Part shown: positions 26,964-34,200 of the stretch, in pieces | How positions within the stretch are numbered: position 1 is the first letter of the stretch | Layout: each line of letters starts with the position of its first letter | Source of the DNA: Actinomycetota bacterium | GTDB taxonomy: Bacteria; Actinomycetota; UBA4738; HRBIN12 | Direction: 5' to 3' | Length of the DNA stretch: 51,652 bases | Assembly: GCA_038244455.1 (NCBI GenBank) | Contig: JBBRTK010000001.1 | Location: forward strand, 1-51,652 | Translations under genes and position numbers: made by a program | The notes under the pieces: generated by a model | Told to the model about the DNA's origin: nothing | What the model saw: the letters and a program-made list of their open reading frames with translations, nothing else | The model's database searches: none

Positions 26964-27293
26964 ATGTGTCGCGCGTTGAAGGTGATGTGTGTGGCGGAAG
27001 ATGCTGCGTCGCTGATGGCGTTGAAGCAAGCCACCGTCTCCGCCGAGTGGGAGCTCACGCCCGGCGCGACAGAGGAACGTTCCGCGCTCGATCAGATCGA
27101 CGCCGAGCGTCCGCACGTGCTGGTGGTTTTCGGCGCGTTCCCACTTCTGCTGGAATTTGTCGGGGAGCGTTTCCCCGGGATGCGCGTGATCTCCGATCGC
27201 CCCGCCGAGGGCGTGAGCGCCGTGGCCGGGAGCCCGGACGAGGTTCGGCTGCTGGTGTTGGGGATGCCGAGGCCCGGCGGTCCGGTGGGCTAG
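26964..27293 (+). CDS. Hypothetical 109-aa protein, vaguely receiver-domain-like but lacking the canonical acidic pocket
   Basis: LKVMCVAEDAASLMALKQA...RPHVLVV pattern. The ATG is preceded by GAAAGG. Followed by a strong terminator hairpin. Confidence 0.35.
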   Translation: MCRALKVMCVAEDAASLMALKQATVSAEWELTPGATEERSALDQIDAERPHVLVVFGAFPLLLEFVGERFPGMRVISDRPAEGVSAVAGSPDEVRLLVLGMPRPGGPVG

Positions 27294-27297
27294 ACGC

Positions 27298-27330
27298 GAA
27301 CGGCGCCGGCCCTTCGGGCCGGCGCCGTTC
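27298..27330. terminator. Bidirectional intrinsic-terminator-like hairpin between convergent genes
   Basis: GAACGGCGCCGGCC-CTTCG-GGCCGGCGCCGTTC, a perfect 14-bp stem read directly. It lies between the stops at 27293 (+) and 27356 (-). Confidence 0.7.
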
Positions 27331-27355
27331 GATGCTGCAGGAAGGTTAGGTGTGA

Positions 27356-27802
27356 CTATCCGCCCCAGGGACCCCAGCCACCACTGCGGACCATCCGCAT
27401 CGTCACCATGATGTTGGCGCGAGCGTCGAACGCCGACCAGCCCTTGAACCCGTACGCGAGCGCACGGTTGGGCCAGTAGGACCGCATGTGCTGATAGATG
27501 CCCTCAGCCCCGCTGGAGTTGTAGGCATGGGGGTCGAATCGGGACTCCCGGAAGGCGATGGCGAGGGCCTTCGCCGATCCGCCCGGCACCGACCAATGGT
27601 GGGCGGCGCAGGTGATGAGCCGCTTCACCTGCTCGGTGCCTTGTCGCCAGTCGATCGGGCAGACCTGGGAGTTGACGTACTGGTACCGCCGCGAACCTCC
27701 AGTTGTCGCCGCCTTCGCGGGGAAGGCAGGGAAGAGGGAAAGCACGGCGATGATGGAGAGCGCGGTCACAACGTGACGGCGCGTCCGGGTGAGATGGGTC
27801 AT
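27356..27802 (-). CDS. Secreted lytic transglycosylase (SLT domain) protein
   Basis: Signal peptide MTHLTRTRRHVVTALSIIAVLSLFPAFPAKA. SLT motif AFRESRFDPHAYNSSGAEGIYQ. ATG 27802 is preceded by GGGGGTG. The 317-aa ORF is an upstream extension. Confidence 0.8.
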   Translation of the reverse strand: MTHLTRTRRHVVTALSIIAVLSLFPAFPAKAATTGGSRRYQYVNSQVCPIDWRQGTEQVKRLITCAAHHWSVPGGSAKALAIAFRESRFDPHAYNSSGAEGIYQHMRSYWPNRALAYGFKGWSAFDARANIMVTMRMVRSGGWGPWGG

Positions 27803-28174
27803 AGATAGATTCACCCCCGAGGTAGGCGGAGCTGGCAGCTGCGCCTTCGCGACCGGCCCGGTGAACGATTCACCGGCGCCGATCGACCCGCGGTAGGTCG
27901 TGGGTGGTTGCATCACCTCCTGGGTTAGATGGGTATATGTGTGACCTACTGTCCGCTCCAACTGCACCAACCCTGCCACCCGCGCACGGGCGCACGCCGA
28001 CCAGCCCTGGGAAGGTGGGAAGCGTGCGTGCACGCGGAAGGGAACGGATGGAACCGTTCGGTGCGGACCTGAACACCCTAGCCCGGCCCTCTGACATGTG
28101 ACAACTCGACTTTGACCCCAGGTCACATCGGGCCGCGGGACGGTCACAGGGCGCCAGGCCCGTACCATGGCTGC

Positions 28175-29119
28175 ATGGGAAAGGTTCTGTTGGCCGCCCC
28201 GAGAGGGTATTGCGCGGGTGTTGACCGCGCGGTGGAAGCCGTCGAACGTGCGCTGGACAAGCACGGGGCTCCCGTTTACGTCCGCAAGCAGATCGTGCAC
28301 AACCTCCACGTCGTGAAGGACCTGGAAGCCAAGGGCGCGGTCTTCGTCGAGGAGGAAACCGAGGTGCCCGAGGGCGCTGCGGTGGTCCTGTCAGCCCACG
28401 GCGTGGCCCCCGAGGTGTATGCGAACGCTGAGGCCCGCGGCCTTCAGGTCATCGACGCCACCTGTCCGCTGGTCACGAAGGTCCACGTCGAGGCGCGGCG
28501 GTTCGCTTCGCAGGGGCACACCATCGTCCTCATCGGGCACGCCGGGCACGAGGAGGTGGTGGGGACGACCGGACAGGCGCCCGAGCGGACCATCCTGGTC
28601 CAGTCCACGGAGGAGGCCCGCACCGTCGAGCTTCCCGACACCGGGCAGATCAGCTACCTCACGCAGACCACCTTGAGCATGGACGAGACCGAGGAGATCC
28701 TCGCGATCCTGCGGGAGCGATTCCCGACCTTGGAGGGACCGCCCAGCGACGACATCTGCTACGCCACCCAGAACCGGCAGGACGCTGTGAAGGTCATCGC
28801 TCCGCGGGCCGACGTGATGCTGGTGATCGGCAGCCAGAACTCATCCAACTCCAACCGGCTGGCCGAGGTGAGCAAGGAGCGGGGCACCCCCGCCTACCTG
28901 GTGGACGACGACGGGGATGTCGATCCCGCGTGGTTGGAAGGAGCCGAGGTGGTCGGCCTCACCAGCGGCGCCAGCGCACCCGAGTGGCTCGTCGCGAACA
29001 TGATCAACTTCCTGGCCGCCCGCGGGTTCGACGAACTCGAAGAGGTGACCGTGGCCCAGGAGGGCGTTCGCTTCAGCCTGCCAGCCGGCGTCCGAACCTT
29101 GCCGTTGCGGCCCGCTTAG
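28175..29119 (+). CDS. ispH: 4-hydroxy-3-methylbut-2-enyl diphosphate reductase
   Basis: LAAPRGYCAGVDRAVE, ATCPLVTKVH, ICYATQNRQ (three Fe-S Cys), SSNSNRL. ATG 28175 (MGKVLL). Confidence 0.95.
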   Translation: MGKVLLAAPRGYCAGVDRAVEAVERALDKHGAPVYVRKQIVHNLHVVKDLEAKGAVFVEEETEVPEGAAVVLSAHGVAPEVYANAEARGLQVIDATCPLVTKVHVEARRFASQGHTIVLIGHAGHEEVVGTTGQAPERTILVQSTEEARTVELPDTGQISYLTQTTLSMDETEEILAILRERFPTLEGPPSDDICYATQNRQDAVKVIAPRADVMLVIGSQNSSNSNRLAEVSKERGTPAYLVDDDGDVDPAWLEGAEVVGLTSGASAPEWLVANMINFLAARGFDELEEVTVAQEGVRFSLPAGVRTLPLRPA

Positions 29120-29135
29120 CCGCCGGCGGGCGCGA

Positions 29136-29687
29136 TCAGTTCCAGGCGCTGAACTGGTCGCGGTCTTCGTCGGGTTCCTCGTAGTTGACCGAGACGAGCG
29201 TGTTGGTCGCCTCCACGCCGGGGAGGGCATGGATCTGCTCCAAGATCACGCCGCTCGCGATCTCCCAGGGTTGGGCGACGCAGACCAGCAGGTCGTACTC
29301 GCCCGAGAGCACCGCAACGCCGGAGACGTCTTGGAAGTCGGCCATCCGCTCGACCAGGCCCGCCGCAGCCCCCACCTGCGCCTTGATGTGGACGAAACAC
29401 ACGTTCGGGATGGGAACGGGGGAGGACGCCCCGCCCCAGCCGGCCAGACCGACACGGTCCGCCGGAACGACCAGAGCAGTGTTCGTTCGAACGATCCCTT
29501 CGATGGCGTGGATCCCGGCCAGGACCGAGTTGGCGATATGGGCGAGATCCGGGCCTTCCAAGAGCGCGAGTACGTCCCACTCGCCGACCACGGTTACGGC
29601 CTTGCGCACACCCGGCGTCGTGGCCAGGCGGGTCATGGCGGGGGATATCTTCCCTGGTTCGACCTGGATGTAGATGTAAGCGTCCAT
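29136..29687 (-). CDS. Tandem Lrp/AsnC ligand-binding (RAM) domain protein without an HTH
   Basis: Two internal repeats (MDAYIYIQVEPGK...VVGEWDVLALLEG / VCFVHIKAQVGA...LSGEYDLLVCVAQ) typical of the AsnC_trans_reg fold. No N-terminal DNA-binding domain. Confidence 0.7.
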   Translation of the reverse strand: MDAYIYIQVEPGKISPAMTRLATTPGVRKAVTVVGEWDVLALLEGPDLAHIANSVLAGIHAIEGIVRTNTALVVPADRVGLAGWGGASSPVPIPNVCFVHIKAQVGAAAGLVERMADFQDVSGVAVLSGEYDLLVCVAQPWEIASGVILEQIHALPGVEATNTLVSVNYEEPDEDRDQFSAWN

Positions 29688-29768
29688 CGCGTCGGCTCCT
29701 GATCGTTGGGTGTGTGTGCAAGCAGGCTAGGGCCGGGCCCGGCCGGATACAACCGTTTCGGGGAAGCG

Positions 29769-30971
29769 TCAGGGCTGGAGCGCGGCGGCGGGTCCGGCGC
29801 AGAGCGCGAGCAGCTCGTCTTCGCCGTCTTCCGGACCGACCGAGATCAGGCGATCGCCCTCGGTCAGGACGAAGCTCGCGCGGGGGCGGTAGATCCAGCG
29901 GGCTCCCCGCTGGACGGCCAGCACGAACATGCCGGTCTCGGTCTCCAGACGAAGGTCCTTCAACGAACGCCCGGCAGCCGGTGCGCCGGCCTCCACCATG
30001 GTCTGGGCGGAGGTCTCCTCGGTCTCCTCCAGCGCCATCTGAACGACCGGGTGGAGCGGTTCGCCGTGCTCGACGTACCAGGTCATGTCGCGTGCGGCGT
30101 CGCACATGTACTCCGAGGCGCTTGCCAACCGGAGCAGGCCGCGGAGTTCGTCGGGGTCGCGAGCCTCGGGCGCCGCGCGCAGCACCCACGATTCGAGTTC
30201 GTCGTGCAGGGTGTCCGAACGTGCCTCCATGGCTCCGACCTCGGCCGCCAGGGAGCGGTTGTTGAACAGGATGGAGGCGTAGGCGAGCCCGACGGCGGCC
30301 TCCGCCAGGTCCTTCAGCTCGACCAGGATGTCGACGGCCCTGTCGAGTTCGGACAGCGGGGGGGCGTCATCGCCGGGCGCCGCGGGCTGGGTCGGCGCTC
30401 CGGCTACCTCGCGAACCAGGTTGAGTCCCTCCTCGGGCCCGCGAACCAAGAGCACGTCGCCGACCGAGACGATGTCGTCGGGCCCGGGGTCGAACTCCCA
30501 GTCCAGGCCCGAGCGGATCGCCATGATCCACATGCCGGTCTCGGTGGGAAGGGAGAGATCCCGCAGCGTCTGCCCGGCGCCGGGCGCGTCGTCCCGGACG
30601 CGCACCCGGCCCGTGATCTCGTCGGCGTGACGAAGATCCGGCCGCAGGGCATCGGGGATGCCCAGCCGGGCGGCCACCACGCGGGCGATGTCGGACGCCG
30701 CGTCACCGATGCCCTCGATCGCGCCCGCGATCCACAGCACCCCGGCCATGCCCTCGGCGTCCTCTGGGCTCCGCGCGGCGAGCATCGCCATCATGCGAAG
30801 GCTGCGGAGGTGTTCGCGCATGCGTTCCTCGATGCGCTCGACCTCCTGCGCCAGCTTCTCCTCGTTGAAGAAGACGGCCGCGTAGGCCAGGTCGACCATC
30901 AGCTCGGATTCGTCCTTGAGTTCGACGAGGAGCTCTTTGACGTTCTTGGGTTTGTCGTCAGCCATGGGCAT
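29769..30971 (-). CDS. Duplicated PhoU-like helical domain + TrkA_C (RCK_C) domain protein, putative cytosolic regulator of the adjacent transporter
   Basis: Two repeats of [ELKD..E..V.LAYA...FN...LA.EV...E] followed by RCK_C-like segments (AGQTLRDLSLPTETGMWIMAIRSG...GDVLLVRGPEEG / AGRSLKDLRLETETGMFVLAVQRG...GDRLISVGPEDG). The start overlaps the upstream gene end. Confidence 0.7.
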   Translation of the reverse strand: MPMADDKPKNVKELLVELKDESELMVDLAYAAVFFNEEKLAQEVERIEERMREHLRSLRMMAMLAARSPEDAEGMAGVLWIAGAIEGIGDAASDIARVVAARLGIPDALRPDLRHADEITGRVRVRDDAPGAGQTLRDLSLPTETGMWIMAIRSGLDWEFDPGPDDIVSVGDVLLVRGPEEGLNLVREVAGAPTQPAAPGDDAPPLSELDRAVDILVELKDLAEAAVGLAYASILFNNRSLAAEVGAMEARSDTLHDELESWVLRAAPEARDPDELRGLLRLASASEYMCDAARDMTWYVEHGEPLHPVVQMALEETEETSAQTMVEAGAPAAGRSLKDLRLETETGMFVLAVQRGARWIYRPRASFVLTEGDRLISVGPEDGEDELLALCAGPAAALQP

Positions 30972-32262
30972 TCACGCCAAGCAGGAGGATAACCAGTACG
31001 AGGCACAGCACGCCAGCCAGGTCCATGACGGCCGAGCTGATGGGGATGGCGTGGTTGTCCGGATCCCAGCCGAACCGGAAGGTGGCGATGGCGCTGTAGT
31101 AGGCCACCGCGCAGCTGATGATGGTGGCCAGGAACCCCGCCAGAAGGCTGATCTCGAGCATCGTCAGGAGCCCCGGTGTCCGCACGTGCGTCACCACGGC
31201 CACGAGGTTCGCCGAGAAGCCCACCATGAAGAAGACCGAGGCGGCGAACACGAAGTTGATGGCGATATCCACCCAGGCGAGCAGCTGCGGGACGGGCCGG
31301 GGCTCGATCACACCCAGATGGAGCTTGGAGCTGATCCGCGAGCTCAGGATCCCGCTGAGCGCGTTCGTGTCCTCAAGGAACGGGGGCACTAGGATGAGCA
31401 GAGCGGGCAGGGCGATCAAGGGGGCAGCCTTCCCCTCAAGGACGCTGCCGGCGACCAGGTCGATCGTGCCCGCGACGAAGAGCACGACGGTCGACTCGCG
31501 CACGATGCGCCCGACCATCGGATCCTTCGAGGCGATGCCGCGGACGGTCTCGATCAGGCAGAAAGCGGCGGCCACGGCCGCGAACCACGGCGTGAGCCGC
31601 GGCAAGTGATGGACGAACCGCTCCGCCACCCACAGCGCCGGGAGGGTCGCGATGTCCCCGATCGCCGTGACGATCGGCGCGGAGACCGAGTCCAGGTCCC
31701 ATCGCTTCCTGTGGCTCAGCATCGACACGCCGACGGTCGCGGCGCCGACGACCACGGAGCCGAGCACCCCGCCCAGGATCGAGATGGTCACGAAGTCGGC
31801 CCAGGAGAGGATGTTCCCCTGCGTGATCGCCGGGTTCCTGATGACCAGGGCGACGATGTGGGCGGCTAGGCCGAGGTAGAGGCATGTCGCGAGCGTGAGG
31901 TACCAGGAGCTCTCCGCGTTCCGTCGGAGGAAGCCGCCCCTGCGCAGGTTCGGCTCGAACTGCCCGGCGTTGATGCCGGTGCCCAGACGTGAGCCGAGCG
32001 AGCCGAAGATGTTGCCGCGCATGCCGATCGCGGCGGGGATGAGGACCAAGAGCCCCGGAAAGTTCCGGAAGTCGTTGGACATGTTGACCAGTGCTAGGCC
32101 GGCGAGGAGGTCCCCTCCGCTTGAGATGAACAGCGCGACGAAACCCTGCGTGAGGGTTCGTCGCTCGGAGCGCAGGTAGCGCCCGAGCCGTCGTGCGCGG
32201 CGTGAGAACGCCATAACGGCACCGACATTCGAGGCTCGCTTTCGGACATGGTCGTGGCCCAC
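30958..32262 (-). CDS. MgtE/SLC41-like divalent cation transporter made of two MgtE membrane repeats, with no cytosolic N/CBS domains
   Basis: Duplicated membrane module with GNIFGSLGSRLGT / LSGILSSRISSKL segments and about 10 TM helices. Start is GTG 32262 or ATG 32214. Confidence 0.7.
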   Translation of the reverse strand: MGHDHVRKRASNVGAVMAFSRRARRLGRYLRSERRTLTQGFVALFISSGGDLLAGLALVNMSNDFRNFPGLLVLIPAAIGMRGNIFGSLGSRLGTGINAGQFEPNLRRGGFLRRNAESSWYLTLATCLYLGLAAHIVALVIRNPAITQGNILSWADFVTISILGGVLGSVVVGAATVGVSMLSHRKRWDLDSVSAPIVTAIGDIATLPALWVAERFVHHLPRLTPWFAAVAAAFCLIETVRGIASKDPMVGRIVRESTVVLFVAGTIDLVAGSVLEGKAAPLIALPALLILVPPFLEDTNALSGILSSRISSKLHLGVIEPRPVPQLLAWVDIAINFVFAASVFFMVGFSANLVAVVTHVRTPGLLTMLEISLLAGFLATIISCAVAYYSAIATFRFGWDPDNHAIPISSAVMDLAGVLCLVLVILLLGVNAHG

Positions 32263-32337
32263 GCGGAACGGGGCCCCAGGCAGTATGCCCCTCGAACGTG
32301 GTGGAGGGCAACCCTCTTGGGGGTGTGCAGGGTCTGA

Positions 32338-33276
32338 TCAGTTCACGTCGGGTTCGGTGATCCAGTCGCGGGTCACGTAGAGCCAGAAGGCCAGGCCGGC
32401 ATTCTCCCCGTACCGGGCGAATCGTTTCGTGATGGCCGCATCCGCCGGGATCCGGCGTTTGCCCGCCAGCCTGGCGTATGTGGGCCGTGTCCACGAGTCC
32501 AGGATGAGCCGGGAGTTCCTGCCCAGGGTCATCATGATGTGTGCCGCCGCGTACGGGCCGACGCCCGGCAGGGTTCGAAGGACGGCCTCGACCTCGCCGT
32601 CGGATGCCGGCGCGTCCGCGAGTGCTTCCAGATCGATCTCCTCGCCCGCCACCATCTCGGCGATCTGGCGGAAGTACGGCGCGCGGTAGCCGGCCTTCAC
32701 GGTGTCCCGGTAGAAGGACTCGGGGCGAGAGGCCATGGCCTGGGGCGCCGGGAACGCGTTCGTCAGGGGGTCGGTGGCGATGGCGGCGCCGGCGACGGGC
32801 TCTCCCAGATGCGCCGCGAGTGCGTTCACCATCTTCACCGTGAGTCCCCAGGAACAGTTGGTGGTGCAGACAGTCTTGACCACATCCTCGAACACCGTCT
32901 GCGAGCGCAGCATCCGGCCGGCGCCGGCGGCGGCCCAGGAAAGATCAGGGTCGCCGCCGACTTGGGCGTAGAAGGCGGACAGGTCCTGGTCCATGCGCAG
33001 GATGTGCAGTGCGGCGCGCTGGACCGAGGCCGTCGTGGCGGCGGAAGGCGCCGGACCCAGCACGTCGATCTCGACGGCGCCGGGGTCATCGCCGGGTGTC
33101 AAGTGGATGCGACGGGGCTTGCCCGCAGGGAGGCGAACGGTGGTCGTCAGCTCATGGGTGTCGCGGTCAAGGCGCGCGGGCGCAAGCTCGGAGAAGCCGT
33201 GCGAATCCAGCGTGCGCCTGATGTCGACGGGTTCACCGCCGGGGCCGCGCAGTGCCAAGACGGGACGCGGCCTCAT
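32338..33276 (-). CDS. DNA-3-methyladenine glycosylase 2 family (AlkA-like, HhH-GPD) protein
   Basis: HhH-GPD segment LRTLPGVGPYAAAHIMMTLGR...ILDSW. ATG 33276 overlaps the upstream stop (ATGA at 33273-33276). Confidence 0.8.
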   Translation of the reverse strand: MRPRPVLALRGPGGEPVDIRRTLDSHGFSELAPARLDRDTHELTTTVRLPAGKPRRIHLTPGDDPGAVEIDVLGPAPSAATTASVQRAALHILRMDQDLSAFYAQVGGDPDLSWAAAGAGRMLRSQTVFEDVVKTVCTTNCSWGLTVKMVNALAAHLGEPVAGAAIATDPLTNAFPAPQAMASRPESFYRDTVKAGYRAPYFRQIAEMVAGEEIDLEALADAPASDGEVEAVLRTLPGVGPYAAAHIMMTLGRNSRLILDSWTRPTYARLAGKRRIPADAAITKRFARYGENAGLAFWLYVTRDWITEPDVN

Positions 33277-33893
33277 GCGGGTGAGCCGGCCGCCGCCTGG
33301 CGTTCGCGGTAGCGGCGCACCTTGTTCCTGTTCCCGCAGGACTCCATGGAGCACCACTTCGCGGAGTGGTTCTTCGTTCGGTCATAGAAGATCGAGGCAC
33401 AGTCCGGCGCACTGCATCCGTGGAGCCGGGCCCAGGTCCCGTCCAGTTCGGCCAGGAAGGCGATGCCGAGCACGGTGCCGATCGCGCGCTGCACCCCCGC
33501 GCCATCGGTGTGGATCTTCCCCCCGTCCTCGCAGCCGAAGCACAGGCGAAGGCCGGTCCGTTGCGCCGCGTCGTTGAGCATCTGGATGGCGACGGGGTCG
33601 CTCGGCCGGCCGTCGTTCTGGAGGGCCTTCGTTCGCAGAGCCGCGTGGACGCGGACCGCCCAGGAAAGGTCGGCGCCGGACAGGAGTTCGGACGGGTCCG
33701 CCAGCGCGCTTCGCGCGAACCACGCAGCCAAGGTCGGCCCGCTCGGAGGGAGGCTGCCCATGCTCGAGGGGTCGTGGTCGTGTACGGACAGGAAGCTGCG
33801 AACGGTTTCCAACGCCCCCGGCGCGGGCGCCGACACCTGGTTCTCGTGACCGGCTGCGCCGCCTGGCCCGACCTGTTCATCCATGGCCGGCAT
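33273..33893 (-). CDS. CGNR zinc-finger (ABATE-domain) putative regulator
   Basis: C-terminal CSAPDCASIFYDRTKNHSAKWCSMESCGNRNKVRRYRER is the zf-CGNR signature. Confidence 0.85.
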   Translation of the reverse strand: MPAMDEQVGPGGAAGHENQVSAPAPGALETVRSFLSVHDHDPSSMGSLPPSGPTLAAWFARSALADPSELLSGADLSWAVRVHAALRTKALQNDGRPSDPVAIQMLNDAAQRTGLRLCFGCEDGGKIHTDGAGVQRAIGTVLGIAFLAELDGTWARLHGCSAPDCASIFYDRTKNHSAKWCSMESCGNRNKVRRYRERQAAAGSPA

Positions 33894-33903
33894 CGTAGCG
33901 GAA

Positions 33904-33968
33904 GTAACCGGTACTTTCCACTTGACTGGTTACTCTCTAACCTCGCTATAAGACAGTTAGCAGGTTAC
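33904..33968. promoter_or_regulatory. Three GTAACC/GGTTAC hexamers including an 8/9 inverted repeat (GTAACCGGT ... ACTGGTTAC) in the CGNR / cphB divergent region
   Basis: Read directly at 33904-33912, 33925-33933 and 33962-33968. This is a locally AT-richer stretch 11 nt upstream of the CGNR gene start. Confidence 0.3.
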
Positions 33969-33999
33969 GGGGCTTCACGGAGATGGTCAGGAGGACAGG

Positions 34000-34173
34000 A
34001 TGCACGAGGCACTGGCACGGGCCCTGGCAAGGGAGATCATCCGGGAGCGGTCGTTCCAGACGCACAGGGTGGGGGAGCGACGGCACCCCGAGCGGGGGCC
34101 ACTGCGGCGAGCTCTGGGTCGCGCGGGGCGGAACGCACAGGAGGATGTGCCGGAAGGCGGCGGTGACGCGTGA
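34000..34173 (+). CDS. Possible 57-aa Arg-rich small ORF upstream of cphB (hypothetical)
   Basis: ATG 34000 is preceded by AGGAGG at 5-nt spacing. Sequence: MHEALARALAREIIRERSFQTHRVGERRHPERGPLRRALGRAGRNAQEDVPEGGGDA. High GC3. Below the ORF-track cut-off and no family recognised. Confidence 0.25.
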   Translation: MHEALARALAREIIRERSFQTHRVGERRHPERGPLRRALGRAGRNAQEDVPEGGGDA

Positions 34174-34200
34174 CCGGCAAGCTTCCTCTAGCCGCGAACG

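Noticed and set aside
25806-27116. 436-aa minus-strand ORF overlapping the Nudix-fusion 3' end and the GNAT gene in another frame
   Set aside because: It is Arg/Pro/Gly-rich with no motifs. The 26117..26896 frame gives a clean GNAT acetyl-CoA motif.
27803-28110. Confident call of a ydaO-type c-di-AMP riboswitch upstream of the SLT gene
   Set aside because: Only the GGGGUGAAUC-like element and the genomic context fit. I could not locate the conserved 3' CCGACAGCUAACCUCG-type segment or the 5' AAUC/ACGGGGA elements in the proper order. I kept it as a low-confidence finding only.
27356-28309. 317-aa version of the SLT ORF extending through the intergenic region
   Set aside because: A clear signal peptide begins at the internal Met (27802), with an SD just upstream. 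The upstream extension has no protein-like features and would abut ispH.
29116-30992. ORFs 29116..30189 (-) and 29706..30992 (+) overlapping the RAM and PhoU/TrkA_C genes
   Set aside because: These are alternative-frame or antisense shadow ORFs. The chosen frames show clear internal domain duplication and RCK_C motifs.
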